Assembly: GCA_013239625.1 (NCBI GenBank)
Contig: MU053513.1
Location: 1,476,927 to 1,540,926, forward strand
Reading direction: 5' to 3'
From: Lama guanicoe
Lineage: Eukaryota
Length of the DNA stretch: 64,000 bases
Below are positions 1 to 11,390 of this stretch, one piece after another. The translations under genes and the position numbers were made by a program. The notes beneath the pieces are model-generated. The model was not told the origin of the DNA, did not search any database, and saw only the letters and a list, made by a program, of their open reading frames with translations. Every line of letters begins with the position of its first letter. The stretch's first letter is position 1.

Positions 1-655
1 TTAGAATTGTGATGCGTCGTGTAGCACTTAGAATCATAAGCTTAACAAAGCACGATACTGAGACTGAGAGTGGCATTTCCATATTTATTAGAACTTCTAC
101 TCATACGAAAACAAGAACCCATTTGAAGAAGAGACAGATTTCTGGCAAAGGTCAGTGTCTTCTGATATTAAGTCTATGTGCTGATATTCTTATTCCAAAT
201 TTTAAGAAACTTGATCATTGATCCAGAAATTTCAAATCTGAAAAATCTTTATGGATGAGCTTTATTTCATTACATATTCAATACATGAAAAACTGAAATT
301 TTGGAGAAAAAAGTAACTACTTATCTTCTTTATGGAAAGATCACCGTCAGAAGCTTCAGGAATAAACTCCTGACGGAGGCAAGGTGCACTGCCAGAATGA
401 CTGAACTCATACAGACGCTATAGAACTAACAGTTCCCAGGATGTTGATCCACAACTGGCTGAGGATAACTACTTTCTATTTCTAGGCGTTACCATTGGCC
501 ACTGACAAATGGAATACTCTTTAAAAAACTTTTTATGGATTATTCAATGATGTTTTTATAAAAGTCTTTAAGCAATGGATATTGAACAATTGCTAGTAAA
601 CAATGCCTTCCAAAAATGCCCTTAGCCACTCTTTCTGTTAAGAAAATTACCAAAT

Positions 656-3115
656 ACCAAAACCAGGCAAAGACACTACAAAAAAAGAGGATTATAGGCC
701 AATATCACTGATGAACATAGACGCCAAAATCCTCACCAAAATTTTAGCAAATAGAATCCAACAACACATAAAAAAGATTATACATCATGACCAAGTGGGG
801 TTCATCCCAGGGACACAAGGCTGGTTCAACATACGCAAATCAATCAATGTAATACATCACATCAACAAGAGAAAGGACAAAAATCACATGATCATCTCAA
901 TCGATGCAGAAAAAGCATTTGATAAAATTCAACACCCATTTATGATAAAAACTCTCACCAAAGTGGGTATAGAGGGAACATATCTCAACGTAATAAAAGC
1001 TATATATGACAAACCTATAGCCAGCATAGTTCTCAACGGTGAAAAACTCAAAAGCTTCCCACTAAAATCTGGGACAAGACAAGGATGCCCACTATCACCA
1101 CTCCTATTCAACATAGTCCTGGAAGTCCTAGCCACAGCAATCAGGCAAGAGAAAGAAATAAAAGGGATCCAAATTGGAAAAGAAGAGGTAAAAGTGTCAT
1201 TATATGCTGACGACATGTTACTATATATAGAAAACCCTAAAAGGTCCACAAAAAAGCTACTAGAGCTGATCGAAGAATTCAGCAAGGTAGCAAAATTAAT
1301 GTTCAAAAATCAGTTGCCTTTCTTTACACTAACGATAAATCAACAGAAAAAGAAAGTAAAGAAACAATCCCCTTTAAAATAGCACCCAAAGTAATAAAAT
1401 ATCTGGGAATAAATCTAACCAAGGAGGCGAAAGAATTATACACAGAAAACTATAAACCATTGATGAAGGAAATTAAAGAAGACTTTAAAAAATGGAAAGA
1501 TATTCCATGCTCTTGGATTGGAAGAATCAATATTGTTAAAATGGTCACACTGCCCAAGGCAATCTACAGATTTAATGCAATCCCTATCCAATTACCCAGG
1601 ACATATTTCACAGAACTAGAACAAATCATAATAAAATTTATATGGAACCATCAAAGACCTAGAATTGCTAAAGCATTACTGAAGAGAAAGAAAGAGGCTG
1701 GAGGAATAACTCTCCCAGACTTCAGACAATACTATAGAGCTACAGTCATCAAGACAGCATGGTATTGGTACCAAAACAGACATATAGACCAATGGAACAG
1801 AATAGAGAGCCCAGAAATGAACCCACAAACTTTTGGTCAACTCATCTTCGACAAAGGAGGCAAGAATATACAATGGAATAAAGACAGTCTCTTCAGCAAA
1901 TGGTGTTGGGAAAACTGGACAGCAGCATGTAAAACAATGAAGCTAGAACACACCCTTACACCATATACAAAAATCAACTCAAAATGGATTAAAGACTTAA
2001 ACATAAGACAAGATACAATAAACCTCCTAGAGGAAAACATAGGCAAAACATTATCTGACATACATTTCAAAAATTTTCTCCTAGAAGAAATAAAAGCAAG
2101 AATAAACAAATGGGACCTAATGAAACTTACAAGCTTCTGCAGAGCAAAGGAAACCAGAAATAAAACAAGAAGAAAACCTACGGAATGGGAGAAAATTTTT
2201 GCAAGTGAAACCGACAAAGGCTTGATCTCCAAAATATATAAGCAGCTCATACGACTCAATAAGAAAAAAATAAACAACCCAATCCAAAAATGGGCAGAAG
2301 ACCTAAACAAGCAATTCTCCAAGGAAGACATACAAATGATCAAAAAGCACATGAAAAAATGTTCAATATCACTAATTATCAGAGAAATGCAAATCAAAAC
2401 TACAATGAGGTATCACCTCACACCAGTCAGAATGGCCGTCATTCAAAAATCCAAAAATGACAAATGCTGGAGAGGCTGTGGAGAAAGGGGAACCCTCCTA
2501 CACTGCTGGTGGGAATGCAGTTTGGTGCAGCCACTATGGAAAACAGTGTGGAGATTCCTCAAAAGACTAGGAATAGACTTACCATATGACCCAGGAATCC
2601 CACTCCTGGGCTTGTATCCAGAAGGAAATCTACTTCAGGATGACACCTGCACCCCAATGTTCATAGCAGCACTATTTACAATAGCCAAAACATGGAAACA
2701 GCCTAAATGTCCATCAACAGGTGACTGGATAAAGAAGAGGTGGTATATTTATACAATGGAATACTACTCAGCCATAAAAACCGACAACATAATGCCATTT
2801 GCAGCAACATGGATGCTCCTAGAGAATGTCATTCTAAGTGAAGTAAGCCAGAAAGAGAAAGAAAAATACCATATGAGATCGCTCATATGTGGAATCTAAA
2901 AAACAAAAACAAACAAACAAACAAAAACAAAGCATAAATACAGGACAGAAATAGACTCATGGACAGAGAATACAGACTTGTGGTTACCAGGGGGGTAGAG
3001 GGTGGGAAGGGATAGACTGGGATTTCAAAATTGTAGAATAGATAAACAAGATTACACTGTATAGCACAGGGAAATATACACAAAATGTTATGATAAATCA
3101 CAGAGAAAAAAAAAA
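656..3115 (+). mobile_element. Young LINE-1, 5'-truncated (ORF2 RT and C-terminal domains plus partial 3'UTR), with 16-bp TSD
   Basis: ORFs 711-1382 and 1460-2899 are L1 ORF2 ([33 protein letters not shown]). TSD AAGAAAATTACCAAAT at 640-655 and 3116-3131, preceded by TT (L1 endonuclease TT/AAGA site). A-tail at 3106-3117. Confidence 0.97.
711..2899 (+). pseudogene. L1 ORF2 fragment with one frameshift near 1292
   Basis: Frame shifts after ...FSKVA. The downstream frame reads [13 protein letters not shown]...[11 protein letters not shown], consistent with loss of ~7 bp from the conserved SKVAGYKIN motif (inferred). Endonuclease domain absent. Confidence 0.9.
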
Positions 3116-4397
3116 AAGAAAATTACCAAATCACTAAATTCCAAAACTCTAGAATTCCTGCTGTTACGCGTTCTCCCCAAATCTACTGTCCATCATGTTT
3201 ATATTTCTCTATAAAGTATAACAATGCCTGTTAGAGCCCTCATCATGCACCACCATTCATTAATTCAATTAAACATCTTTAGGATTCTGCTGACAAACAT
3301 TCTTAAGAACTCAGTCTGTGCTACACGTAGAGCGCAGGATAAAAGCAAGTAGAACAGTTCCCACCCTCAAGGAAAACGTGGTCCAGAGCTTATGGTCTAG
3401 CAGGGGAGATAGTCCATGGCTTACATAGTGGAGGATAGACAAGTAACAAAAAAAGAGAACTTACTGTGATATAATCAAGCACTGACTGCTGAGGCAGCCC
3501 AAGGGAGCAGCCACTAACTGAGGCTGAGGGTATCAGAGAAGGCTTCCAGGAGGAGGTGATGAGTCACTAAGTCCTAGAGAATGAGCAGGTTTTAGGGGAA
3601 GAAAACACAACAGTAATTCAGACACATGCAAAGGCACAGAGGCAGGAGGGGTCTCAGCATGGAGACCTACTATAAGGAGTTCAGTTTAGCTGAAGCATGG
3701 AGTTGGGACGGACGACAGTGAGAGACTGCACTGCAGAAGGAATATTCCTTCTTAACATTTCAATGACTGATGACAAAACTTGATGAGGAAAGGACTATTC
3801 TTACCCTCTTCCCTCATTTCACAGTTAAAGAAACAAGCCCAGCGAGATTAAGTGACTTGCCCAAGGTCATATATTCACAAATGACCAAGATAAAATTCCA
3901 GTTTAGAAATGCTGATTCCAGAGCTTCGGCTCATCTGCTAGTGGATTTTATGCTGTGCTAAGCAGTTAAAATTTTACCTTGATGGTCAGGGGAGGCCAAG
4001 GATCTTAGACAGAAGAATGGCACGGCCAGTTTTGCCTTTTAAAAGGATAGTTCAAGTTACTGGGCGGAAGAAATGGGGCTACATCTGAGATGGAACAACT
4101 ACATACAGTTCGGCATGTTGCAGCCTGTACCACAGGGGCGGGCAGGCATTAAATGTGGTCTGTGAATGGCGCCCCTGGAGTGGTGCAGTGCCCAACCTAC
4201 AAGGCCAGATTTAGTGTACGTGCAAGTGAGGAGGCTAATAAGTAATTCAGACATAAGACAGAGGAAGGGTTGAACTAAAGAAGGACAATGGTAGAAAAGG
4301 GAAGAGGTCACCATGCAGAACTAATGGTGTAGCCTCAACAGAAGTCAGAAGCTAGCCGGATAAAGATGGTGACACAGAGAGAACAGTCAAAGAGAAA

Positions 4398-4880
4398 GTG
4401 CTTCTATTTTGCATCAGCCTGGCTCAGTTGGAACTGCATTTTAGAACCCCCTGCCCTATGTGGTTCTGGGTCAGAAACTTGCACAAGACTTGGAAAGTGA
4501 AAGGAAGCAGTGGCCCTTATGCTCTGAAGGTCGTCATGGTTAGAGGTGAGGAGAGACAGGCACAGAGCAGCCGGCAGGTGCCAGTCTGTGCTCTCCCTCC
4601 TGCCCTGCTCTGCGGCCTCTTCCACCTCCGGGTCCAGCTCTTCTTCCTGTCTGCCTGCCCTGCTGGCCAGTAGTGACCCACGACCAGATGCTAGAATGCA
4701 AACTCCCAGAGGCCATCGCAAGGACCAATCGCAGCCTTCCACAGCCCTCTTCACCCCCTCAGCAGACTGCCCTCCAGCTCTGGCCCGTCCACCCTGCCAG
4801 CGCTTTGACGGGACTGCTTAGTGATTCCCGACTCACACGCTCTCCTTCCTGGACCCCTGCTTCTCCAGCTTCACTTCCTG
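4398..4880. mobile_element. Old ERVL-class LTR-like fragment (LTR16/LTR33-like)
   Basis: Motif 'actgcattttagaaccccctgccctatgtggttctgggtcag' resembles LTR16/33-type elements; recognised by eye only. Confidence 0.35.
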
Positions 4881-4914
4881 ATCCCAGCAGGCTCTTCTGC
4901 AGCAATTTGAAAAA

Positions 4915-5035
4915 AAATGAGTCTAAAATTCAGGTAGATCTGCAAAAGGACATGTAATAGTCAAAACAGATTTGAAAAAGGACAAAATCGGAAGACTTAA
5001 CCCTATTTGATTTCAAGACTCATTACAAAGAAATC
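4915..5035 (+). mobile_element. Old L1 ORF2 fragment
   Basis: 'aatagtcaaaacagatttgaaaaag...gatttcaagactcattacaaag' resembles the RIAK..LKK..GG.TLPDFK.YYKA segment, compare 1661-1740. Confidence 0.6.
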
Positions 5036-6009
5036 TATAACAGAGCTGAAAAGAGGGGCACCCAAATTATAAACAGGGGCAGAACATGTGGTAAAATTAT
5101 TGTCTGAGATAACTTGGAAAGCAGGCCCCATGCCTACTGAGACCGTAGCTCTGCAGGGAGCGGTGGGGAAGAGAATTACTGTGTGTTTGCTTTCTTTGTG
5201 CTGCAGGTGTTAGCGCACAGAGAGACCTCCAACTGGAGAAACCACCAAACAGGTGGGCAAGTCCCCCTCAAACCTATGGGTCCTTGCCTGCCAACTGAGA
5301 AAGAGTTCTCAGTAGATGCACACGGATAAAGGGGCGGGGGAGAACTGCTTTATTGCTCAGAGAGAGCAGGGGAAAAAAAGCTAAAAGAAAACACCGGAGC
5401 AGGGAGCCATCAGCCAGCAGCTGGTCGAGACAGCTCCAGCCCCCGACCCCGCTGCAGGGTCTTTTATTGGAAAGCTCTGCCATCATTATTTTCATTTTAG
5501 TGGCCAATCACCTTCTATTACTGGGTCCTTCCTCCCACAGAGCTCAGCCCTAAAACAGAAACTTCGGCAGGGAAAAAGAGAAGAAAGAAAGAGATACTGG
5601 GGTCTGTCCTTGGCATTGCTGTGGCAGATGTGGGACATAAGATGTCCCGTTGTATGGTGATGTCCTGTTGTATGGCTATGTCTTTGGAACAAAGGAGCCA
5701 GCTGTGGGATAAGAGAAACAACCTGTTTTTTTTACAGCCTGGAACTTTCTTTCTGTGTTTGTTAATCAGCCAGGACCAGCAGTCCTGCCTAATCACCTGT
5801 CTCACCAGCAGTGAGCTCAGGAGATAATGGCCAGTTGGCAAGCAGAAATTGAGGGTCCAGAAACTCCCCAGTTTCTAGTCAGGGGGCCTGACTAGAAAAG
5901 CTGTATGAAAACTTAAGACCCCAAATTTTAAAAGACAGTTTCAGAAAATGCTTGAACACAAAAGCCTGTTGAAACCCAGCTTTGCCGCTGCCCCTGGGCT
6001 GACCAGAGT

Positions 6010-7107
6010 CATTTGTGCTGGACTTTGAGGGTGATGGCCCTGACCGAAGGGGTGTGACAGTGTCTCCCGCTGTCCTTGACACCACTGTGAGGCCTCCTTC
6101 CACTCGGGATCATGAGAGGAAACACAGTCCTGATGCTAATAAATTTGGATCAGTAAAAAAGCATCCCAGGGCCAGGCCAGTCCTCAGAGAACCGCAGACC
6201 GTGCGTCTGCCTCGGCGTCCCAAGCGCCCGCCGCCACTGGACAGACGGTAGAAGGGCCCTGCCTTCATTCTAGTAATGTTCGCATCCAGAAAAACTCCAT
6301 GCCTGAAGGATGTGCTGAAAATCCAAGCTCCAGAAATAATGTGGAATTTCTCTACAACTGGACATCTAACAACTTTCAAGAGTCCAAATAAAAGCCTTGT
6401 AAATCAGGCTTTTCTAAGAAAACAGTGCTCGAAGATTCAGGAAGCTTGGTTACTAGCAGCCTTAGCAAGATCGTCTGTCCTCTTTCATTTGCAGTCACTT
6501 TATTACAACTTAATCTTTTCAAATCCTACTTTGGAACATCCGAGCTTCTCGGAAGTACATTGGATTATTGGAATTACAGGCTTCATTTTGAAATTCCTTT
6601 TCCTAGGCTTAAAAAGCCGTATTATAGTGGTGCCTTCTTTCATCACACGTCTTCAGTCCAAGGGTTCCTGGTATAGGCTCTTAGAAGAATTATGTTCATT
6701 TTACTGAATTTCGTCCCCTCATAAGCTCTGGTTTCATTATCTTATTTGCCACAGGGAATTTAGTAACACAACTAGATAGATTCTTGGGATGTGACTGGCT
6801 TTATTCTACCTCACTTTAAAGCTTTGGGGGTTTTTTGAAATCTGAGAACTTTCAGATAGGTTTTGTGAATATTTTTTTAGCACAACCAAGTTTCAGAGTG
6901 ACTTGTTCAGATGTGGATGATATTTGTTCAGTATGTCAAGCTGAATTTCAGAAAATTCTTCTTCCCATCTGTCAGCATATATTTTCTAAAGAGTACATTA
7001 CCTTTTGGTTTTGCAGAGAGAAAATATGTCCACGGTGCAGAAATGTGATTTCAGATCCTTTAAACAAACGGAGAGAGGGGGCTGCCTCATCACAGCTTCA
7101 AATGTAA
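6010..7107 (+). pseudogene. RNFT1P: Processed pseudogene of RNFT1 (RING finger, transmembrane 1)
   Basis: Intronless mosaic of frames matching RNFT1 as recalled: PPSTRDHERKHSPDANKFGSVKK (N-terminus), EGPCLHSSNVRIQKNSMPEGCAENPSSRN, TTFKSPNKSLVNQAFLR...LLEELC (TM region), CSDVDDICSVCQAEFQK...CQHIF...CPRCRNVISD...SSQLQM (RING, C-terminus). Many stops and frameshifts, no ATG, two RING cysteines lost (CQHIFSKEY). The AT-rich sequence to ~7655 is probably retrocopied 3'UTR. Confidence 0.92.
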
Positions 7108-7659
7108 TTAAGTCCCATAAGCCGTTAAAACCACAAAATACTAATTACACTTGGTTACGGTAATTAATGGTAAGGGCATTAGGTTGGATTTCAGTGTTAG
7201 AAATTAAGAAAAATACTTTCAAACGTTTTTAGAACATTAGAATAAGATTTAAAGTTGTTCTTTAACTTTTTAATTTAAATGAGTGAAAGAACACTGTTTT
7301 TGGAAAATATAAGTAATGGTCAACCTAATGTGTATGTCAACAATATTTCTTCAATCCTAATTACGTGACATAAGATTGCAATATAAAATTGTAAATGTGT
7401 TTTCTTGTTCATTTTACCAAAAAATAGCAACTGGATAACTAACTAGAACTAGTTGTTTTAGAGGAATTCGGGTATTCTTTTCTGACATTGTTTCAGAGTA
7501 AAGAATATTTTTCATTGTATTTCAGGATATAGCCTTACCCGAATTCTCAAAATTCTTTAAACTTTCATAAAATTTGTATTTTAAAATTAAAGTTATATAT
7601 GCTATATTTTACCTGTAACCATTTGATTTTCTAAGTGCGTATTTATTTACTGAAGATGA

Positions 7660-8200
7660 TTTTTTTCAGATGGGTAACATAATATATTGTAAAATGATCA
7701 CAAGTCTAGTTATCATTCCTCACCATACATACTTACAAAATTTTTTGCAATGAGAACTTTTTAAGATCTACTCTGTTAGCGACTTTGAAATCGACAGTGT
7801 GGTTACATTACATCCCTATGACTTATTTATTTTATAACTGGAAGTTTGTACCTTTTGGCTTCCTTCACCCATTTCATCCACCTCCACCTTCAGCCTCCAG
7901 CAACCGCCGATCTGTTCCCGTGTATTAATTCACATTTTTGTTTTTAGTTTTTTAGATTCCACATATGAGTGAGAGCATATAAGATTTGTCTTTTTCCGTC
8001 TGACTTTTCCACTTAACATAATACCCTTAAGGTCAAAATTCATATTGTTGCAAATGGCAAGATTCCTCCTTTTTATGGCTGAATAGTACTCCATTGTTCA
8101 CATATACACACATTTTCTTTATTCATCTATCGATAGACCCTTAGATTATTATCATATCTAGGCTATTGTAAATCATGCAGCAGTGAACATGGGGGTGCAC
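7660..8200 (-). mobile_element. Older L1 3' end
   Basis: Typical antisense L1 3'UTR/ORF2-end motifs ('ttttagattccacatatgagtgag', 'ttttatggctgaatagtactccattg'). Confidence 0.85.
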
Positions 8201-8568
8201 GTGGAAGGTGACATATCTTAATATTGTATTACTCTTTGTAATATGACTTGCAGTCAATAAGAATCAATCATTTAAATTATTTTAAAACCTCAGTGTTGTT
8301 ACAAAGGTTACATTAATGGTGTGGCCACCCCACAAATCTACTGTTCTCAAGGTAACCATCGTTAAATTGAGAAAGAAGGGCATGGGGGCAAAGAAGCAGA
8401 TAAATAAGACTGCAGCATGGCATCTGGCAGAGCTTTGAATATATTTACTGTTACATAGAACTGACTAGAGGCTAACAGATCAAAAACCTTCTAAATTTCT
8501 GGGCGCACTGTGTTGCTAAATAACTTGTAATTGCTGAATGTCCTCCATCCTTTTATTTTCCAACAGGG

Positions 8569-8935
8569 TTTTTTTAATTGAAGTATAGTTGATTTATAAT
8601 GCATCAGCTGTACAGAAAAGTGATTCAGTTATATATATAATATATATATATGTATGTATTCTTTTTCAGGCTCTTTTCCATTATAGGTTATTACAAGATA
8701 TCAAATATAGTTCCCTGTGCTATACAGTAGGTGCTTTTTGTTCATCTGTTTTATATACAGTAGTGTGTATCTGTTAAGCCCAAACTCCTAATGTATCCCT
8801 CCCTACCCCTTTCCCCCTTTGGTAACCATAAGTTTTTTTCCTATGTCTGTGAGTGTATTTTTGTTTTGTAAATAATTTCATTTGTATCCTTTTTTTTTTC
8901 CTAGATTCCACATATAAACAATATCATATGATATT
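8569..8935 (-). mobile_element. L1 3'UTR fragment
   Basis: 'tttaattgaagtatagttgattta...atagttccctgtgctatacagtagg...tagattccacatataa'. Confidence 0.85.
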
Positions 8936-9202
8936 CGTCCCAAGAGAGTTTTTGTTGTAGCTATCCCATCTCTGATCCACCATCATATACTGAGAGGAAG
9001 AAGGGATGAACAGCTTCACCTTTTTATTCACAGATCTCCACAAGGAGCCCCATCCAGACGCTATGCATGTCATCTGAAGATTCTGAACTTTGTACTGCTG
9101 CACTGACTCCATGCATCTTGGGGTTGCCTCCTGTGGGAAAATAATGTGTTCTATGAAAGGAAGAGAGAATGGAACAGATGATATGTGACCAAAAGGAAAG
9201 AC

Positions 9203-9625
9203 TGTGGAGGACACTGGTTAGCAAGTCACCAAAAACAATTTCCTTTTTCTCCTGGGCACATTGCTAAATTATGCTTCCCAGTCTCCCTTGTGGCTAGACA
9301 TGGCCATGTGTCAGTTTTGACCCATGAAATGTGGGCAGAAGTGACATCTGTTACTTCCAGGTCTGGTCCATTTAGCCCTTGACCCTCCATGCCCTTTCCC
9401 TTCCAGCTGGTTAGACTAGAAATGACTAGGATGACCTTGGGAATCATGGTGTGAAGATAGAGCAGCCACGGGATAGAGGAAACCTGGGTCCCTGAAACAC
9501 ATGGAGAAATGCCACCCGTCGGTGATTGTATTCCATCATTATCTGAGCACAAATAAGTATGCTTTAATCATACTTAGCCCCTGAGGTTTGGGAGTTGATC
9601 TGTTACAGTCACTAATGTATACACA
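9203..9625 (+). mobile_element. MaLR LTR (MLT1-like)
   Basis: 'cttcccagtctcccttgtggctag..catgtg..gaaatgtgggcagaagtgac' and 3' 'agcccctgaggtttgggagttgatctgttacag' are MLT1-type motifs. Confidence 0.65.
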
Positions 9626-9838
9626 GTGGAGGGAACAGCACAGGCAAAGATAGGAGGCTTGAAATAGACAGCATAGCCCAAGGAAGGGGAGAAGTTCTCC
9701 CTGCTGAAATGTGGACACCAGGGGAGAGCTGCAGAAGACGAGCTGAGAAGGTTCCTTGGGGCAAACTGCTATGGGTCTTAAATGCCGTGCAAAAATTTGG
9801 ACTTTATTCTGTAGAAAATGGAGACCATCAAAATCTAC

Positions 9839-9841
<3 letters not shown>

Positions 9842-9872
<31 letters not shown>
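9842..9872. repeat. (TG)n microsatellite
   Basis: About 15 TG units seen directly. Confidence 0.95.
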
Positions 9873-9876
<4 letters not shown>

Positions 9877-10365
9877 ATGGAGATACATAGATATCTGTAG
9901 CTATAGGTATCTTTCATTTAAATTGTAGAGTAAATGCCGCCAGTAATCTGCCTTTTCTGAGGCAACTGAGAATCCCAATCTTTCACACTCTGTTGCCCCC
10001 CAAAATTGAAAACATGAAATGTGACCACAGAGCTGATGACAGCTTTCACAATCTGTTAAAGCTGAAGCTCATACCAAAATGGATCCGGAATTCAGTAAGA
10101 AGATCAAGAATCAATAACCTTGAGAGGAAAAAGACAGCCTTTAAAATCTGCTTCTTTATGAAACTGTGTATGTGTGCACGTGTGTGTGGTGTGTTTTCAG
10201 GTAATGAACGATGTCCATACAACAAAACAACAAAACCTGAGACAGGCTTCAGTTAGTGCCACATTTCCCAAGCTTCCACATCGTGGGAGATGTGGCACAG
10301 GTGTCTGTGGTAGGAAGATAAATAAATGACTTACCAGGACTTGGAATCCCTCACAGAATAGTATG

Positions 10366-10418
10366 TGGCATTGGCATTGGCATTGGCATTAGTATTGGTA
10401 TTGGTATTGGTATTGGTA
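10366..10418. repeat. Compound hexamer repeat (TGGCAT)4-TAGTAT-(TGGTAT)3+
   Basis: Seen directly. Confidence 0.9.
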
Positions 10419-11196
10419 GGCACGTAAACAGATTAGCCAGGACACATGAGGGCACATGCTGTTATAAAATTAGGACCTGCTAGAACTACAGGGAGTTGGG
10501 GAAGAATCAGGGGCAACTGAGGCTCCTTAGCCTGACACTGACGATGCTGACCAGACCAAACCGACCTGTGCAAGCTGAAATTTCACTGCTTTGCTTCACC
10601 CAACTACTTGCTCTCATAACCATCCTCCACTTTTCAATCTGTGCCTCAGATTCTCTCCGACCCGTTGCTGGCCGCTGTTTAAGGTGCTACTAAAATCCCT
10701 CCTGTGAAATCATCCCTGGTCCCAGTGGGGTGAACTCCCCCTTTCTCTGAGTTCCCATCAGCTCCCTCTGCCCCTCGGGAAGTCACCACTCCCTGCCGTG
10801 TGTCGTAACTGTCTTCTGACTTGCCGATCTTGTCTGTGGAGACTCTAACTGCAAGCTCCCTGAGGACCAGGAACATTTCTGTCCCTTTTTTGTATTCCCT
10901 GTACCAGGTATAGCACTTTGCATGTACATAGTGGATGTTCAATAGACATTTTCTGAATATTAGAATTTTAAACCAAAACCTCTCTCCCTGGGGATGTTGA
11001 CTCTGCCCACACCAGTAGTCACTGTTCTCTTTGGTCCAGAGCATAACTGTTGGGTGATATATGACGTTTTCTCCTGGGAGGAGGGCAACTTTGTGTAAAA
11101 GGATTCAGTGATAATGAAGAGGAAAGTAAAAACAGTGCTACACCCCCAGCCGGGTTCCAAATAGCGCCTGGTTGTTTTACAAAAACTGACAGTCCA

Positions 11197-11390
11197 GAAC
11201 AGATGGACAAGGTTGTACTGTGTAGCACAGGGAAATACATACAACATCTTGTGGAGGCTCACAGCGAAAACAAGTGTGACAATGAATACATGTATGTTCA
11301 CGTATAACTGAAAAATTGTGCTCTACACTGGAATTTGACACAACATTGTAAAATGACTATAACTCAATTAAAAAAAAAGTTTTAAAAAAA
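11197..11390 (+). mobile_element. Short L1 3'UTR end with TSD (relative of the young L1 family)
   Basis: Similar to 38690-38870; A-tail present; TSD core TGACAGTCCA at 11187-11196 and 11393-11402. Confidence 0.88.

Noticed and set aside
929..2397. Long minus-strand ORFs 929-1306 and 1837-2397
   Set aside because: Antisense frames of L1 ORF2; the same peptides recur at other L1 copies (e.g. 62825-63079).
2541..3105. APOBEC G>A hypermutation of the first L1 as the explanation for the A/G differences
   Set aside because: The third copy and the conserved ORF2 amino acids agree with the A state, so G in the 38 kb copy is derived.
5207..5881. Possible antisense LTR or MaLR-internal sequence upstream of the pseudogene
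   Set aside because: Some LTR-like motifs, but no convincing termini or TSD could be defined.
6276..7107. ORFs 6276-6707 and 6835-7107 as a functional RING/TM protein
   Set aside because: Fragments of the RNFT1 pseudogene separated by stops and frameshifts; RING cysteines lost.
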